A DNA stretch of 64,000 nucleotides from Perkinsus olseni. Lineage: Eukaryota. The number at the start of each line of letters is the position of its first letter. The first letter of the stretch is position 1. This document shows positions 12,230 through 24,483 of this stretch, in pieces. Under the pieces are notes generated by a model, which had not been told where the DNA came from, did not search any database, and saw only the letters and a program-made list of their open reading frames with translations. The position numbers and the translations under genes are program-made. The stretch spans positions 1 through 64,000 of the forward strand of contig JABANN010000099.1 of NCBI GenBank assembly GCA_013115125.1, written 5' to 3'.

Positions 12230-14469
12230 ATGCCTTCCAAAGCCCCTACCAAGCAGGCAAAGGAGCTGACTAAAGCCGCGATAGAGAATATAGTCACCAA
12301 GGGGGACCTGAAAACTGCCAGACGGTGAGGCTCCGGAACGATCGGTCAATACTGATGCGCGTTGTAACTCTTCAGGCTTCTTGCTATTGAAGGGGATGTG
12401 CCATTGCCTACAGTCGCCACTAGGCTGAAGGCAGCGTTGCGGGCGTGCTGTGTTCACAAGGTGAAGGCTGGCGGACTGGTTTACACCAAGCACAGCAAAG
12501 ACGCTCCTCTGGACCAGTACTGGAAGGCCTTGCAGTCTATGTTGGAGCAGCTGTTGCAGTCGCACTCTGAGCAGGCCATCACCCTAGGCACCCGGTTGAT
12601 GGTGGAGGCCATTAAATCCGAGTGCGACATCGCGCAGGCCTTCCCCTTGGAGCTTCTCCAGGCCACCGTTCTGTCAGTAGTCATCAACGTCTATGATCCC
12701 GACTACGCGGCGGCTGTCATTATTGGCGAGCTTGCCAATGTCCACTGGGATGTCTACGTTCGAGTACTGTCGTACTTGAGGCTGATGTGCTCCGCTCTAG
12801 CGGGCGTGGAGACCAGCAATACTCGCCCTATAGCGGAAGCAGTCCGGGCCTCGGGCGTGGATCGGGAGGAGATTCTGGAGAGGGTCTACACGCTACTGGA
12901 GGCGTACGCTCCGCCATCGATCGAAATATGCCAGACCCAACCTCTGGATACGACGGGAAAGGCGGCCTGTAAGGGCGTGGTCAGCCTGAGGAAAGCCTTT
13001 CAAGAGGCATGGTAGTAGAAGGATTGGGGGAAGGTGAGGTAGGAGTTGAGTTCACCGTCTGCTCAGGTTGGCGTTCCTCCGTCTTGATCTATCATCGGAC
13101 CTTACGCGTTTGGTCTTGCGCCATCTGCCGAGTAACGTACTTCCCTTCCTGCCCTCCCCGCAGTACCTAGGTGACTTCTATCTGAAGGTAGTCCCAACTA
13201 CTCGACGCATCGATGTCAGGAGAAAGTGCCTCAGGCGTTTGATGGCAGCGACACAGCAGAGGATACTACCAACAGTGTACTGGCGCTTAGTGGCCTCTTC
13301 TACCTCCTCACTCAAGCTAATATTGGAGATCCATCGTAGTATTGGGGGAGGGGGTGCCACGGGGCGTCAAATAGTTGAAACGCATCGAGCCTTCCTAGAA
13401 GATTTCCGGAGTACACCGGTCGGCCGTCTCGCGCGGGAGCATGGTGTTACGTCGAGCATACGCAGGTTGGATACCACGGGCGCATTGAAGACTCGTAGGT
13501 ACATCGACAACAGTCTTTCTGCGTTCTATTCCCGTCTCTACGCTTTGCTGACTCCGGTTACGCTGGTCCTCCCGTACCGTCATCGTTTTCTCCGTCTACT
13601 GCTGTTGGCTTTGAAGTCACCGATGCTGCCCGGCTCCTCTGTGGCAGCTTTTGCGAAGAGGCTCCTTCGCTGTGCCATGCTGGTGAGTATTATCGTCTCC
13701 GATGGATTGCTGTAGTATCTTTCGAGCCAGCGGGGCAGCTCTGCGTTATCGTCTTTCTGTCGACCAACGGATCTTCAGGTACGGTCTCATAGTGTGGTGA
13801 TGTGGTTGGTCACGGCGGCGTACACTATAATGCAGAGGAGTCCAGCTTCGTGTAGAGGCCTGGTCCACGATCAAGGGGAAGGTTCTCGGAAGGAGGTGGA
13901 AGGAGCAGGTAGTGGCAGGACACCACTGTCCACTCTCCACTGCTATATTTGGCTGTTGTGGTATCACAGATGCTAGGCTCGAAGAGGATCCATGGAAGCC
14001 TGAGATGAGCCTGGATGAGGCTGTGAAGGTCCGTAGGGAAACTTTCGCTCACACGCTAGACCCGCTGTTTTCAGGTCATGCCGCTGACCTCGCTATGGGA
14101 GCTTCAGTGCCTTTTGAGGCATCACTCCCCTTCTGTCTACCGGCTGGCTCAGCTGTAAGCCCTTACTGAGCCGATCCCTTCATGAGCGTTGCTGTTGTTG
14201 TTAGATTCCGGACGAACATGTTTGCGGAGACTGCCAAGAGGGTGTCGTCTGACGACATGCTCGTCGTTACTGACAAGGAGCTGTTCGATAGAGAGGTCAA
14301 CTATCAGTGCAAACGGGGCCGTGAGAAAGCCAACTCAGCGTGGGCCGATTCCTAGTGCTTTCTGGTCTCAGGAGTAGCTCCGCCCGCCACCATTGGCTTC
14401 CTGCGAGATGAAGTACAGCCGATTTACCAGGCCGCCGATGACGTGTTTGCGCAGTTTGGATCCGCCTAG
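12230..14469 (+). CDS. NOC4: Nucleolar complex protein 4 (CBF/Mak21 domain)
   Basis: FYSRLYALLTP...YRHRFLRLLLLALKSPMLPGSSVAAFAKRLLR and TSLWELQCLLRHHSPSV are typical of the NOC4 CBF domain. Confidence 0.88.
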
Positions 14470-14682
14470 TGATCAGGGGCAAGCTCCTTCGAGTACACTA
14501 CGTAAAAGTTTCCTCTCCATCGTGGTGGAGTTGTCGAGTTGAGTGTGTTACTTCCTAGCAAGGCCAGCAGCCCCGTGCCGGTCAGAGGGGAATAGCCGAC
14601 CAGCGCAGATTGGATACAGCTGAGGTAGAATAAGTTTCGTATCGATGTGGTAGAAGGCCATTGTATTGTTGTTGTATCCACC

Positions 14683-16008
14683 ATGGCGACCAGCATTGTG
14701 TATGTTCTATGTATGGCTATTGGCCTTCTAGGTTGGGCCACCATTGGGGCGACATCGGCCGGGGACCCGTCCCTAGTCGAGGATCAAAGAATCAACGCTC
14801 CCCCTATAGTAGAAACTCAGTTCAATGTAACAGACCTAAGTATTCTTACCGCCAGTGATGGCGTTATGGCGAGCGTCTCCCATTTGTTCGCCGACAACGG
14901 TACTTTGAGCCTGTGTGCTGCCAAGGCCATCAGCGTCATCTCTAGTGCCTCTGCTAAAGTCAAGGCTACTGTCATTGTAGTGGGGGAGGCTATGTCGGGT
15001 GCCGGGGAACAAATCCGACCGGTGATGGCTGAGGCTAGCTCCCGTGCAGGCGAACTGTGGACGAAGGCGAGCCCAATGGTGCAGTACGCGATGGCTGCTG
15101 TGGAGGTGGGCTGTGAGGTGATGGTCAAGGAGGCTTACCCTGTGGGTAGGGATATGGCGGTGGGACTAGGCAGTTGGGTGGCCCAAGGCGTACAGTACGT
15201 CGCAGAGCCGGCTAGGGCAGTAGTCTGGACGGGGATGACCGAAGTCGGGAGAGCGCTTGTCAGGGCGGCATCCGCGATCGCCTTCTCTGGACAGTACTGG
15301 TGGTACTCCGCGATACTCCCATCGGTGCTCAACGCTCGGTCCCTAACTGATGACCTGGTGCTCACTGCGACTATGTTATTTGAGAAGTTCAGTCCTCCGG
15401 TGATGGAGGGCATGGCGGAGTTCAGCGGCCGAGCGGGAGATGCCGCCAGCCGTGTGCTGCTGGCTGCGGCCCCGTGTGTTCTCGACACTATCACCTTCCT
15501 TGGTGCCACCGTGATGGACATGTACACTACAATGCCGTCGGCGTCCAGTGGGCTGGACCTACTGGTGCAGAAGGCGGTCGAGGCAGGCCAATGGGTCCAC
15601 TCACAGCTACCATTGGCATGCAGTGCTCGCACGCTCAACTCCGTCATGACCTCGCCGCTGGATCCCCAGTGGGCTCGAGTCTTGGCATCTTCGAGCAACT
15701 GTACAGAGGCGGGAGCTGCTATACGGCAGTGGAGAGCCGCCTGGCACCCCGATGCTCGCTTGAACGGCAGAGGCAACAACGACTCGAGGCTGGCCAACTG
15801 TACGGTGGCCGAGATTGACGCAGGCTTCCAGTCCGCGAGCTCCACTGCTGATGATATCAAGGCCGTTGCATGCGGGGAGGCAAGAACGGAGGCGACTGGT
15901 ATTGGCGGGATAGAGACGAAGGCGGTACTGAGGCAGATGGCAGTCGCTGTCGGTGCGCCTTTGGTGGGGTTGGCTGTAGCGAGGCTTCTGAGGTGCTTCG
16001 CTGGCTGA
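14683..16008 (+). CDS. Intronless protein with signal peptide, degenerate J-domain-like HPD motif and C-terminal hydrophobic anchor
   Basis: Uninterrupted ORF; hydrophobic N-terminus MATSIVYVLCMAIGLLGWATIG; AIRQWRAAWHPDARL; C-terminal VAVGAPLVGLAVARLL. Confidence 0.7.
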   Translation: MATSIVYVLCMAIGLLGWATIGATSAGDPSLVEDQRINAPPIVETQFNVTDLSILTASDGVMASVSHLFADNGTLSLCAAKAISVISSASAKVKATVIVVGEAMSGAGEQIRPVMAEASSRAGELWTKASPMVQYAMAAVEVGCEVMVKEAYPVGRDMAVGLGSWVAQGVQYVAEPARAVVWTGMTEVGRALVRAASAIAFSGQYWWYSAILPSVLNARSLTDDLVLTATMLFEKFSPPVMEGMAEFSGRAGDAASRVLLAAAPCVLDTITFLGATVMDMYTTMPSASSGLDLLVQKAVEAGQWVHSQLPLACSARTLNSVMTSPLDPQWARVLASSSNCTEAGAAIRQWRAAWHPDARLNGRGNNDSRLANCTVAEIDAGFQSASSTADDIKAVACGEARTEATGIGGIETKAVLRQMAVAVGAPLVGLAVARLLRCFAG

Positions 16009-16162
16009 TAACTGTTGCAGGACTAGCATCATAATTAATACGTTCATTACACTGTTGAGCATATAACACGTCTCCTAGACCGCCCATCCCCTGTCGTGCT
16101 GTTCTCAACCGGGTCGAGTGCTCAGTGCCGTTAGTTGTTTTTCGACATCGTTTTTACTCGGC

Positions 16163-19100
16163 ATGTACGGTGGAGGAGCTGATGCAGCTAGTATCGTCAA
16201 AGGCGTCAGGAGTGTCATCAGCAATGTGAGCTTGCAGTGAGCAACATCACGCAGCAGTTCGGACGGCGAGGCTGCATTCACTCCCTATGGGAGACTTCCC
16301 TAGCATACCGAAGCAGCAGAGAATGCAGCAACGAGCTACCCGTTTTTCAGCTGCAACACGTATCTTCTGGGGCGAGTTTCTCCGAATCTAAGTACTTCAA
16401 TGGATCAATCAACCTCAACCAAGGGGAGATACGACGAGGGCTCAACAGTCCGGCAGTGGAGGCCAAGTTGGATGCTATGCGGCGCTTGCTGGCAGCAGAG
16501 GCGTCCTCTGGTAGTGGACCCTTCTCGATGCCACTCCGATTCGCGTGGCTGTGATTTCGCGATCCACATTCGCCCGACCTCTCAGATGATCCGAACGTAT
16601 GTGTGGACCTCTTCAGCGAGGTTGTGAAGATTATGTCAACAACCAATCTTGAGCTCAAACGGCTGGTGTAGGTGACCTTCCTTAGCGTGGCCACCGGCCT
16701 CACCCTTCTGCTGCTCAGGTATATATGGATCGTCTCCCATGCTGAGGCGAGGAGGGAGCTTGCTTTGCTGAGTGTTAACTCCTTTCAGAAGGACTCGGTG
16801 GATAGTCGGAGTGCTCTGGTGAGAGCAGCAAGTCTGAGAAGCATGGCAGCAATAAGAGTTCTGGAGATGATCCAGGTCGGCGGCAGCAGCGCTGTTGGGA
16901 ACCTTATGGTATTGGGTGTTGTTGGTCTCAGGTGGTCATGGCGGCTGTCAACCAGGCCGCAGTAGACTCTTCGGCTTACGTTAGAAAGTCAGTCGCCGCG
17001 GTCTGCCTCCCCCAGGTAGGCCCAGGCTCGTCTGAGCGTCTCTGAGTGGTAGACTGCGGTCGGCGGCGGTCGTACCCGCTGCGTAGTGACCTGTGTCCTA
17101 GTAAGGTCCCCTTCTGGGCTCATCTTGCAGGTGTTCGTGACCGATAGCGATCAGTTCGCGCTTGTCCGCAACTTGTTGGTGAAGATGATGGCAACTGACG
17201 GGTCCGAATTGGTGAGCCTCCTCATCCTATCCGATACGAGGCAGTGGCATGAGCCACGGATTTGTAGGTTGTTGGTGCTGCTGCTATGTCCTACTTCGTC
17301 GTATGTGTTCAACTCTACGGCTTAGTCCAAGATGACGGAGAGCACGAAGGTGCGATGATGTAAGGGCTGGCTAGGAAATGTCTATCCGCGTAGCAGGATC
17401 TGCCGCTGGCACGTCGAAGCAGGAAATCATCCAGGACTCACTCGGTATGCTGCATGGCGTCTACCCGAGGCTCATCAAGCTATTGCCTTTGATGGACCCC
17501 TTCGGGCAGTACTACACTATTGGTAGACCCTCTGTTCTCGCTGGTCATGAGGCTCGCCGTATCTGATATCAGAACTGCTTCACCGGTACTGCCGATTACA
17601 CTTCACCCGCGATCGTATTCACGACCACTGCCGAATGTTCCTGGAGGTAGTGCATATTAGTAGTGATAGATACACAGGATGCCTGTACTATGATGGAGGA
17701 TCTTCTCGCCCCGAGTTCCGGGGCTCAACGGTGCTCTTGAGCGGACTCTTGCAGCGGCCGTGAATCCCACACAAGTTTTACCGCTCAGTAGTCGTTCGAG
17801 TGCCTCAGAGCAGTATCACGAGCTGTTGAGGCATTCTGTAGCTCGAGGACTGCTTGCTCCCTGATAGGTCCTCACCTCCAGAGTTCTGCTATCTGCGGCC
17901 AGATTTGTAGTGCACCTGTCATGTTGTGTCGTCTGGGACCTCGGCGGTCGGGAGTATGCTACCATTGTAACTGCCTACCTCATGAGTGAGCCAGGAACCG
18001 GGTGCGGAGGCCGTCCCTGTTGTCGCTGCAATGAGATAGTGGTGTCTCGTCGTTGCCATCTGTTAAGGCCAGCAGCGTGATGTTCATCGTGCTGCTTTGA
18101 TCAGGCTCGCTCGCGTTGGCAAGCGGAAGCGAGGCCACCGAAACGCTCCTCAAGACCATTCATCAGCTACTGCATACCGCGGATAGCCCTTCTCTATTCA
18201 AGCCTCACATTCGGAAGTTCTTTCTCAAGTAGGCCCCTCTGCTGCTGCGATATCCATTTGCTACAACCCTACGTTATCTCTGACAATCAGGTCATATGAC
18301 AGCCCGCTGGTGGCCGACATGAAGCTGTCGATATTGCAGAGCCTGCTGGATGCTTCCACCGTCGATGAGATCCTCTCTGAGCTGCAAACCTACGTCCGAT
18401 GGCACCATCGGCCTGGTCAGTCGTCGCTCTTGGTCAGCAAGCACGTACCCGTTCTTCATTTGTGGACCATGGGAACGGCTCATTCTACCCTGGTGTCCAT
18501 TCGTCGTTTACTCCGTCCTATAGGTTTGCCGGCCTTCCTCGCGAAGGTGATGGGCCTGGTTGTCCATATAGCTATACAGTACCAGTCTGCATCGGATACG
18601 ATAATGGCGGGTCTTGTGAACATGCTGGACAGCACATGCCCGTCCCTAGCGAACGAAGCCGCTGTTGCTGTAAGTTCTGACTACCCTGGGTGAATTCTGG
18701 GACGCGCTAGCTGTCTTGTCCTATACAGTACTGTATTATGTGGAGTTGCTGCCCCCCTTCGAGAAGGTACGGGAGATTGTAGAGCATAGGAAGCGGCGTG
18801 GAGACCTGAGTGATACGAAGAAGGTCCTGACCGGCCTATCGAGAGCTCTGGAGTCCCTAACAACGCCAGCAGCCAGAGCTTCTGTTGTTTGGTTGCTGGC
18901 CCAAACTGATGGTAACCTTTCGGGGCTCACTTCCGACCTCCTGGCAGTGGGCGTCTAGGTATGTTTGATAGTCACCAACTTAGGGATTTGTGCGAGGTCT
19001 GGTAGTGTCGCTATGCGTGGCATTACTCCATGTGCTTCAGTCGTTCTCTCCTTGTCTACTACAGGCCTCTGTGTCTGTGCTTATACGGTCCTGGATACCT

Positions 19101-20588
19101 TCCGGCTGTTGGTGAAGGGATGGACCGGGGAGGAAGAGATGGTGAAGCAGCAGGTTGGTGTTATGCCCAACTAGTGCAGCTCACACTTTCGTGCTGTGTT
19201 CTCAGATTCTGGTCCTCGGTATGCGCCTGTGGGCCTTCCATCAACTGAATAGTCTGCGTGTCGCGGATCGTAGTGAGCCACTGGATGCAAAGGCCTTGAA
19301 GAGCGAGCGATTCCCTCCGGCCATCTCGAGCCGTACTTCGCCAAGCTAGCTGCTAACCGCCCTATGGGGTCCCTTAGAGCTCCTGCCTCGACTGTGCAGC
19401 ATCGTGAGCTACATGTTGTCTCTGGCTATGGCGGAGGACCGCACCGCCAAGCCTCGACTGTGCTCTGCTGCGCGGATTCTCACAGCGATGAGGGACTCCT
19501 ACGCTGAGTTATGCAAGGGAGGTTGGGAGCGAGTGAGTGTAGCCATTTGTATCGTTCGGGCATCTACCATTCAGGTGACGACCACGACACATGAGGTTGA
19601 TTCGGACCTCCAGAGGCTCGCCAGGGGCTATCTACATGCACATTTACCCCGGTGGCTCACGGGGTCGAGTGGCGGCGAGAGCTTGCTCGTCGAAAGCGCA
19701 GCGCCTCCTCCAACGGGTGTGGATGCTTGTAGAACTACCGAGGTACTTGTGCAAGAGCTCCGTCTGCTCGACTAGAGTGGAAACCCTAACTTTGGTCAGG
19801 TGAACACTCAGTCTTTGTCCTTCGTCTTGGGCACACCTATGGTGGGCTTTGAGGTCATGATGGAGTTTGACCCCGACAGAGCTGCGGATGGCGAGGGGGA
19901 GCGGCAGGAGGTGAGGCTAGGGCCCACTGTGGTGATCGCTCGCGGCGGCTCGAGCACACAGTTTTGCGCGACTGGAATCCGCCCAGAGCCATTTCTTTAT
20001 CCAGGCTTTTGATGCACTGCAACGGTCTGCAACGACCACACGGTCGCGCGACCGAGAGCGGATAATAGAGCCCGTGGCGAGAAGCTTCTCCTCTGGGGAT
20101 GCCAATCGACAACGTGAGTCATCTTATTCTGTGAGACGCTCCTTTGGGCTGGCTAGATACTGCCTCGAGAGTGCATCTTCCGAGCGGTATCAGCCGACCT
20201 GCGCCGGTAGTCGAGACTCTTGCCGATCTTGACCTTTTCTATTCGTAAGTCTGCACCGAGTGACGAGTGCCACTCCAGTAGCCAGTGTTTTGCAGTCATG
20301 AAGCGCAAGGTGGGTTGGAGGGAGGTGAAGTCCCGTCCTGCGGCTCCTCGGAGAGCTATGACGAGGCCCCTGCTGATACTGATGGATTACCCAAGTCAGC
20401 TACGCCTACAGTGGACTTAGCATCACTGTTCGCTGCGCACAAGGAGGAGCAGGCTGTAATTCGGAACACTGGCGAGGTGAGTATTCTGACCAAGGCTGCG
20501 GTGGCCAGTGGGGGTCCACGCCACCTGGTCGCAGGTCGTGACTGGGGAGGACACCGAGTCCTCTGAGGGTGATGAGGATGATGACTGA
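16163..20588 (+). CDS. AP3B: AP-3 adaptor complex subunit beta
   Basis: ESKYF...EIRRGLNSPAVEAKLDAMRRLLA; LFSEVVKIMSTTNLELKRLV; ELALLSVNSFQKDSVD..ALVRAASLRSMAAIRV; ARASVVWLLAQ. Many introns and an acidic C-terminus. Confidence 0.88.
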
Positions 20589-20735
20589 CTGGATGCATGG
20601 GTTCTCATGTCGTTACTCCTTTTCGTACTTCTTGAAGTCATCCGTCATCGTTATCAATTCATCGAGGCTTTCCTTCGTATCTTGGCTTAGAACAGCATCA
20701 TCCACAGGGGACCCCTCTGGAGGTAGCTTCCTGTC

Positions 20736-22532
20736 ATGCGTTACCGGCCTCACTATCTATTGTTCGTCCATGCCCGCACCTCCCACCAGGCCTCGGACTG
20801 CTTCGCAGCACGGCAGGCGGCCTGGCAGTGGTTGTCTGACCGACACGTGGACCTCGATGTGTCAAGCTGTGGTGATGAAGGCCGGGTCGTGGGGGCACTG
20901 GCTCGGTGTTGGACGACCGGCGACCCCTGCCGTGGCATAGGTAGTAAGCGGCTCCGTGTGTCGGGGTCCATGACTTCAGCAGGTGCCCCCTCCCGAGTTG
21001 GGGCCCTGATGGATTCTCCGTGGCCTCTGGTGGAGATGCTAGCTGAGGTTGAGCGCTCCTCGCTCAGCCCAGAAGTGTTGATGGCTGATGAACTGCGGCG
21101 GTTAGCCTGGGATGGGATACTTGCGGGGAGAGGATCGGTGATGGTCGAGGCCTTGACCCTTGTGGACGCAGCCGGTCAGGATGAGCCAGCAAAAGTATGG
21201 CTGTGAAGACTGACCAGCAAATGGAGGCCTTCCTTGTCAGATGGTGGGCTTGGCGATGGCTGCCGATGCCCTAGGATGCCATGCCGTCACACGGGGGAGG
21301 GGATTGGCCCTTGACGGTAGGGCCGAGGATACCTCGCTAATTGTACGCACTTTGCAGGATTTGAAGCCATTCTTAGTTGGCTTCGGCCCCGTAACGCAAG
21401 TCTTGATTCCCACTCTGGTTGGCCCACGTTCTCACTGCTGGCTAGGCAACGCCATGCCTTGCGGTCTCCACTCGTCGAGGCTGACGTGGTAGTGAGTTGG
21501 TCCTCTGAGGAAGCGGCCCATCTGGGAGGGAACTTCGCAGAACGTATGGCGCAAGAGATTTTCGGCGGCCTCGATGGAGTCGTGGTTGAGTCTGATATCG
21601 AGTGTGCCGATGTTTGGATTTTCCGAGAGCTTCCTCCGCGGAATTTCGGCGGAGTGTCGATTTTCGTTGACGGCGAGACCCACTGGAAGAACAGCGGCAT
21701 CGTCCACTACGACGAGTACCCTCTTGGGCTGTACCTCGGCCCTCATGACCACAACGGCGCTTTTGGGGACCGCTTCTTCTACGCCCCTTTCGCGAGTACC
21801 TCCTTCGCTCAACGTCAAACACACTCTGTGGAAATGTTAGTGAACGGTAGCCGACTTCCCCTCTGGAGAAGCACGACTAAGTTCGCAGCTTATCTGTCTC
21901 ACAACTGTGGCTCAGCGGCTCGGGAAGAGTTCTACAACGCCCTGGCTGAGGCGGCAGCGCCGTACGGCCTCGAGGTGGCAGCCCTGTCACGGTGCAACGG
22001 AAGCGGGGTCCCGAGGGAGCTGGGCCGTCGGGCGGAGCGATATGGAAGTAACTTCTACGACGATGCTGTGGAGATCTACAAACCCTACAAGTTCGTCATC
22101 GCTATGGAGAATCGGATGGTGCCTGGCTATGTTACGGAGAAGATCGTCAACGCCTTCCTGGCGGGCTCCATCCCGATTTATTACGGCGACTCAGCAGTTC
22201 GTGCTTTGTTCAATCGAGAAAGCTTCATTGACTTGGCCGACTTCGAGGACTTCCGCAGCGCAGCCGAGATCGTGGTTTCACTCAACTTTAATGAGAGCGC
22301 TGCCTCAAGGTTCGTCGAGACGAGCGTCTTTGCCGGAGAAGACGGCCTGTATCCTTTCTCGTGGCACGGGCCACTGAGCAGGGCCCTGCCGGATGGAGGC
22401 CTTGGTGGAGCAATACGACGCCGTGTTACTCAATTGTTGGCTGAGCTGGGGTCCAATGAGGCAGCAGTTTTGGACCGAGCGTTCAGCGAGGAGACGTACA
22501 TGAGCTTCATGAAAGGCGCTGCCTTGGATTGA
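20736..22532 (+). CDS. Alpha-1,3-fucosyltransferase-like protein (GT10)
   Basis: GT10 motif YKFVIAMENRMVPGYVTEKIVNAFLAGSIPIYYG. The N-terminal part joins via introns at ~21196-21240 and ~21317-21357. Start uncertain. Confidence 0.88.
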
Positions 22533-22596
22533 ACCCGGGTGTTTTGCGTTGAGATTCGCGGCAATTTTCTCTTGTGGTCTCTCAGTGTTTTTAACA

Positions 22597-23731
22597 ATGT
22601 CTAACCGCCGGGCCGCCACGGTGAAAGTGCACCCTTTGGCGCTGCTGAACATCTCGGATCACGTCACTCGAATGTGCTATGCAGATCAGTCTGTTGGTGC
22701 AGTGAGAGGCTTTCTAATTGGCTACTCGGACGGTGCTGACATCACCATCACCAACAGTTTTCAGTGTGTTACGGATGAGTTGGTATGTGCACAGCACGCC
22801 TCCACACGGATTCGGCAATATGCTGAGGTTTTTCCCAACGCCTCTCCAGTCGGGTGGTACTCAGTCGGCCCCGGTGGTCCGCCTTCACAAGAGGCACACA
22901 CCTTCATGGAAGGTATCGTTGGCGGCGAGGACGGAGGGGAATCTTTAGTCGCCCTAGTGGTGCGGTCCGACAACGAGTCAGCTTGGCTCAGCAAGGAGAG
23001 CGAGACCTTGCCGATACAAGCGTTCGAGAGGGGAGTTGATGGCAGCTTCATCGAGCTCAACGTCAGAATATGTATGGACGACGAGGCTGAGAACATTGCC
23101 GTAGGGCATGTGACGAAGAATGCTAAGCAGGCCAGCACGGCCGGCACGTACGAGCATCTGGTTGAGCCGACGATAGGGGCTATAGCTATGTTGAACAAGA
23201 AGATTGAGTCCCTCTTGGAGTACGTCAATGCTGTCCAACGTCAAGAGGTGAGCCGTGAGCCACGATCGTTTGTCGCACAGCTCCGTCCCTGAGGACAGTA
23301 TGCGAAACGGCATTCTTCGCTAATCGCTCATACGACTAACACAGTAAGATTTTAGTATGTGGGGAGCGATTTAGAGCTGCCATCAGACAGTCCTATGATG
23401 ACGCGATTCGAGACTGCAATTATGAACTGCTCTCCTGAGTGAACTCTGTACGCGATTGGGTCCTCGGCTCTATCAATATGCCCCTCCTCAGGTGGAAGTA
23501 TCCCGGCCTCTCCTCCGGTCGATCTCAGCTATATGTGATCGGCTCACCGCCATGTCCCTGGCTGGAGGGGATGGCACGGCATTACGGGCAGACTGGGATG
23601 AAGTCGTGGAGGACTGCATGGCGGTGGCGCTTGCTGCCGAGGGCACGGCGAATGTTGCCGAGTTTTGTGCTACAATGGACAGGAGACGCATAGCCGCCCG
23701 GGCTCCTAAGGCCTTGCAAATGGACTTGTAA
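22597..23731 (+). CDS. CSN6: COP9 signalosome subunit 6 (MPN-minus domain)
   Basis: VKVHPLALLNISDHVTR, QYAEVFPNASPVGWYS, EAENIAVGHV, AIAMLNKKI, LLRSISAICDRL; one intron of ~240 nt. Confidence 0.85.
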
Positions 23732-24483
23732 AAGAGTGTACGGTTTCTATGTCTTGAGAAGCAGTGTTGACAGTACCACACCAATCGCAACTTTTGTAAG
23801 ACAGGTCTGGTGTCCGAGCAACAGGATTCTGGTCTTAGTTCGTACCTCTTCACCAAACTGGATGGTTTACACTGTAAACTGTAAACTTTACAGTAACACA
23901 ACTATGCATTAGTAGCAGAATCATCGAACCCTCGGACGAATGCCTCGTTCGTTCCTGCATTTCATGCAATTATGTCAATTATGTCGACCTTTTTTTCTCC
24001 GCGGCCTCCTCTTCTCGATCGCGAGTTGAGTATGCCCTCCCGTGGCCTGAGCCCTTCAACGTGGCTAGTGACTGTCCACACTGTGAACCAAGAGCACAAC
24101 ACTCGATAAAGAACACCCCGACCGCTACTGTCCAGTTGTCTGATAGCATTACTACTCGCCATCCGTGGCGGCGATCACTAACACGAGCAGCAGCAGCATC
24201 CTGCGATATACCCCAAGGGAAACGTCACATAAGTCTGATTAGAACGAGGGAACCCATGACAGGTTTTCGGCCAAGCTAAGGCGTGGGCCGTGAGAAGAGT
24301 ACCGAGAATAGAATGGCAGTATGGTCGGATGTGAACCCACATGGCAACTGAAAACCCTAATAGGTTACCCTATGCGATGTCAGGAGCCACAGCGCTGAGT
24401 TTGTTGCTTTCTTCCCGAGTCCATGGCGTTCTTCCTTCTCTCGTTTGTTCTTTACTCGTCTCTCCTCTCTTCAACGGCTACTA

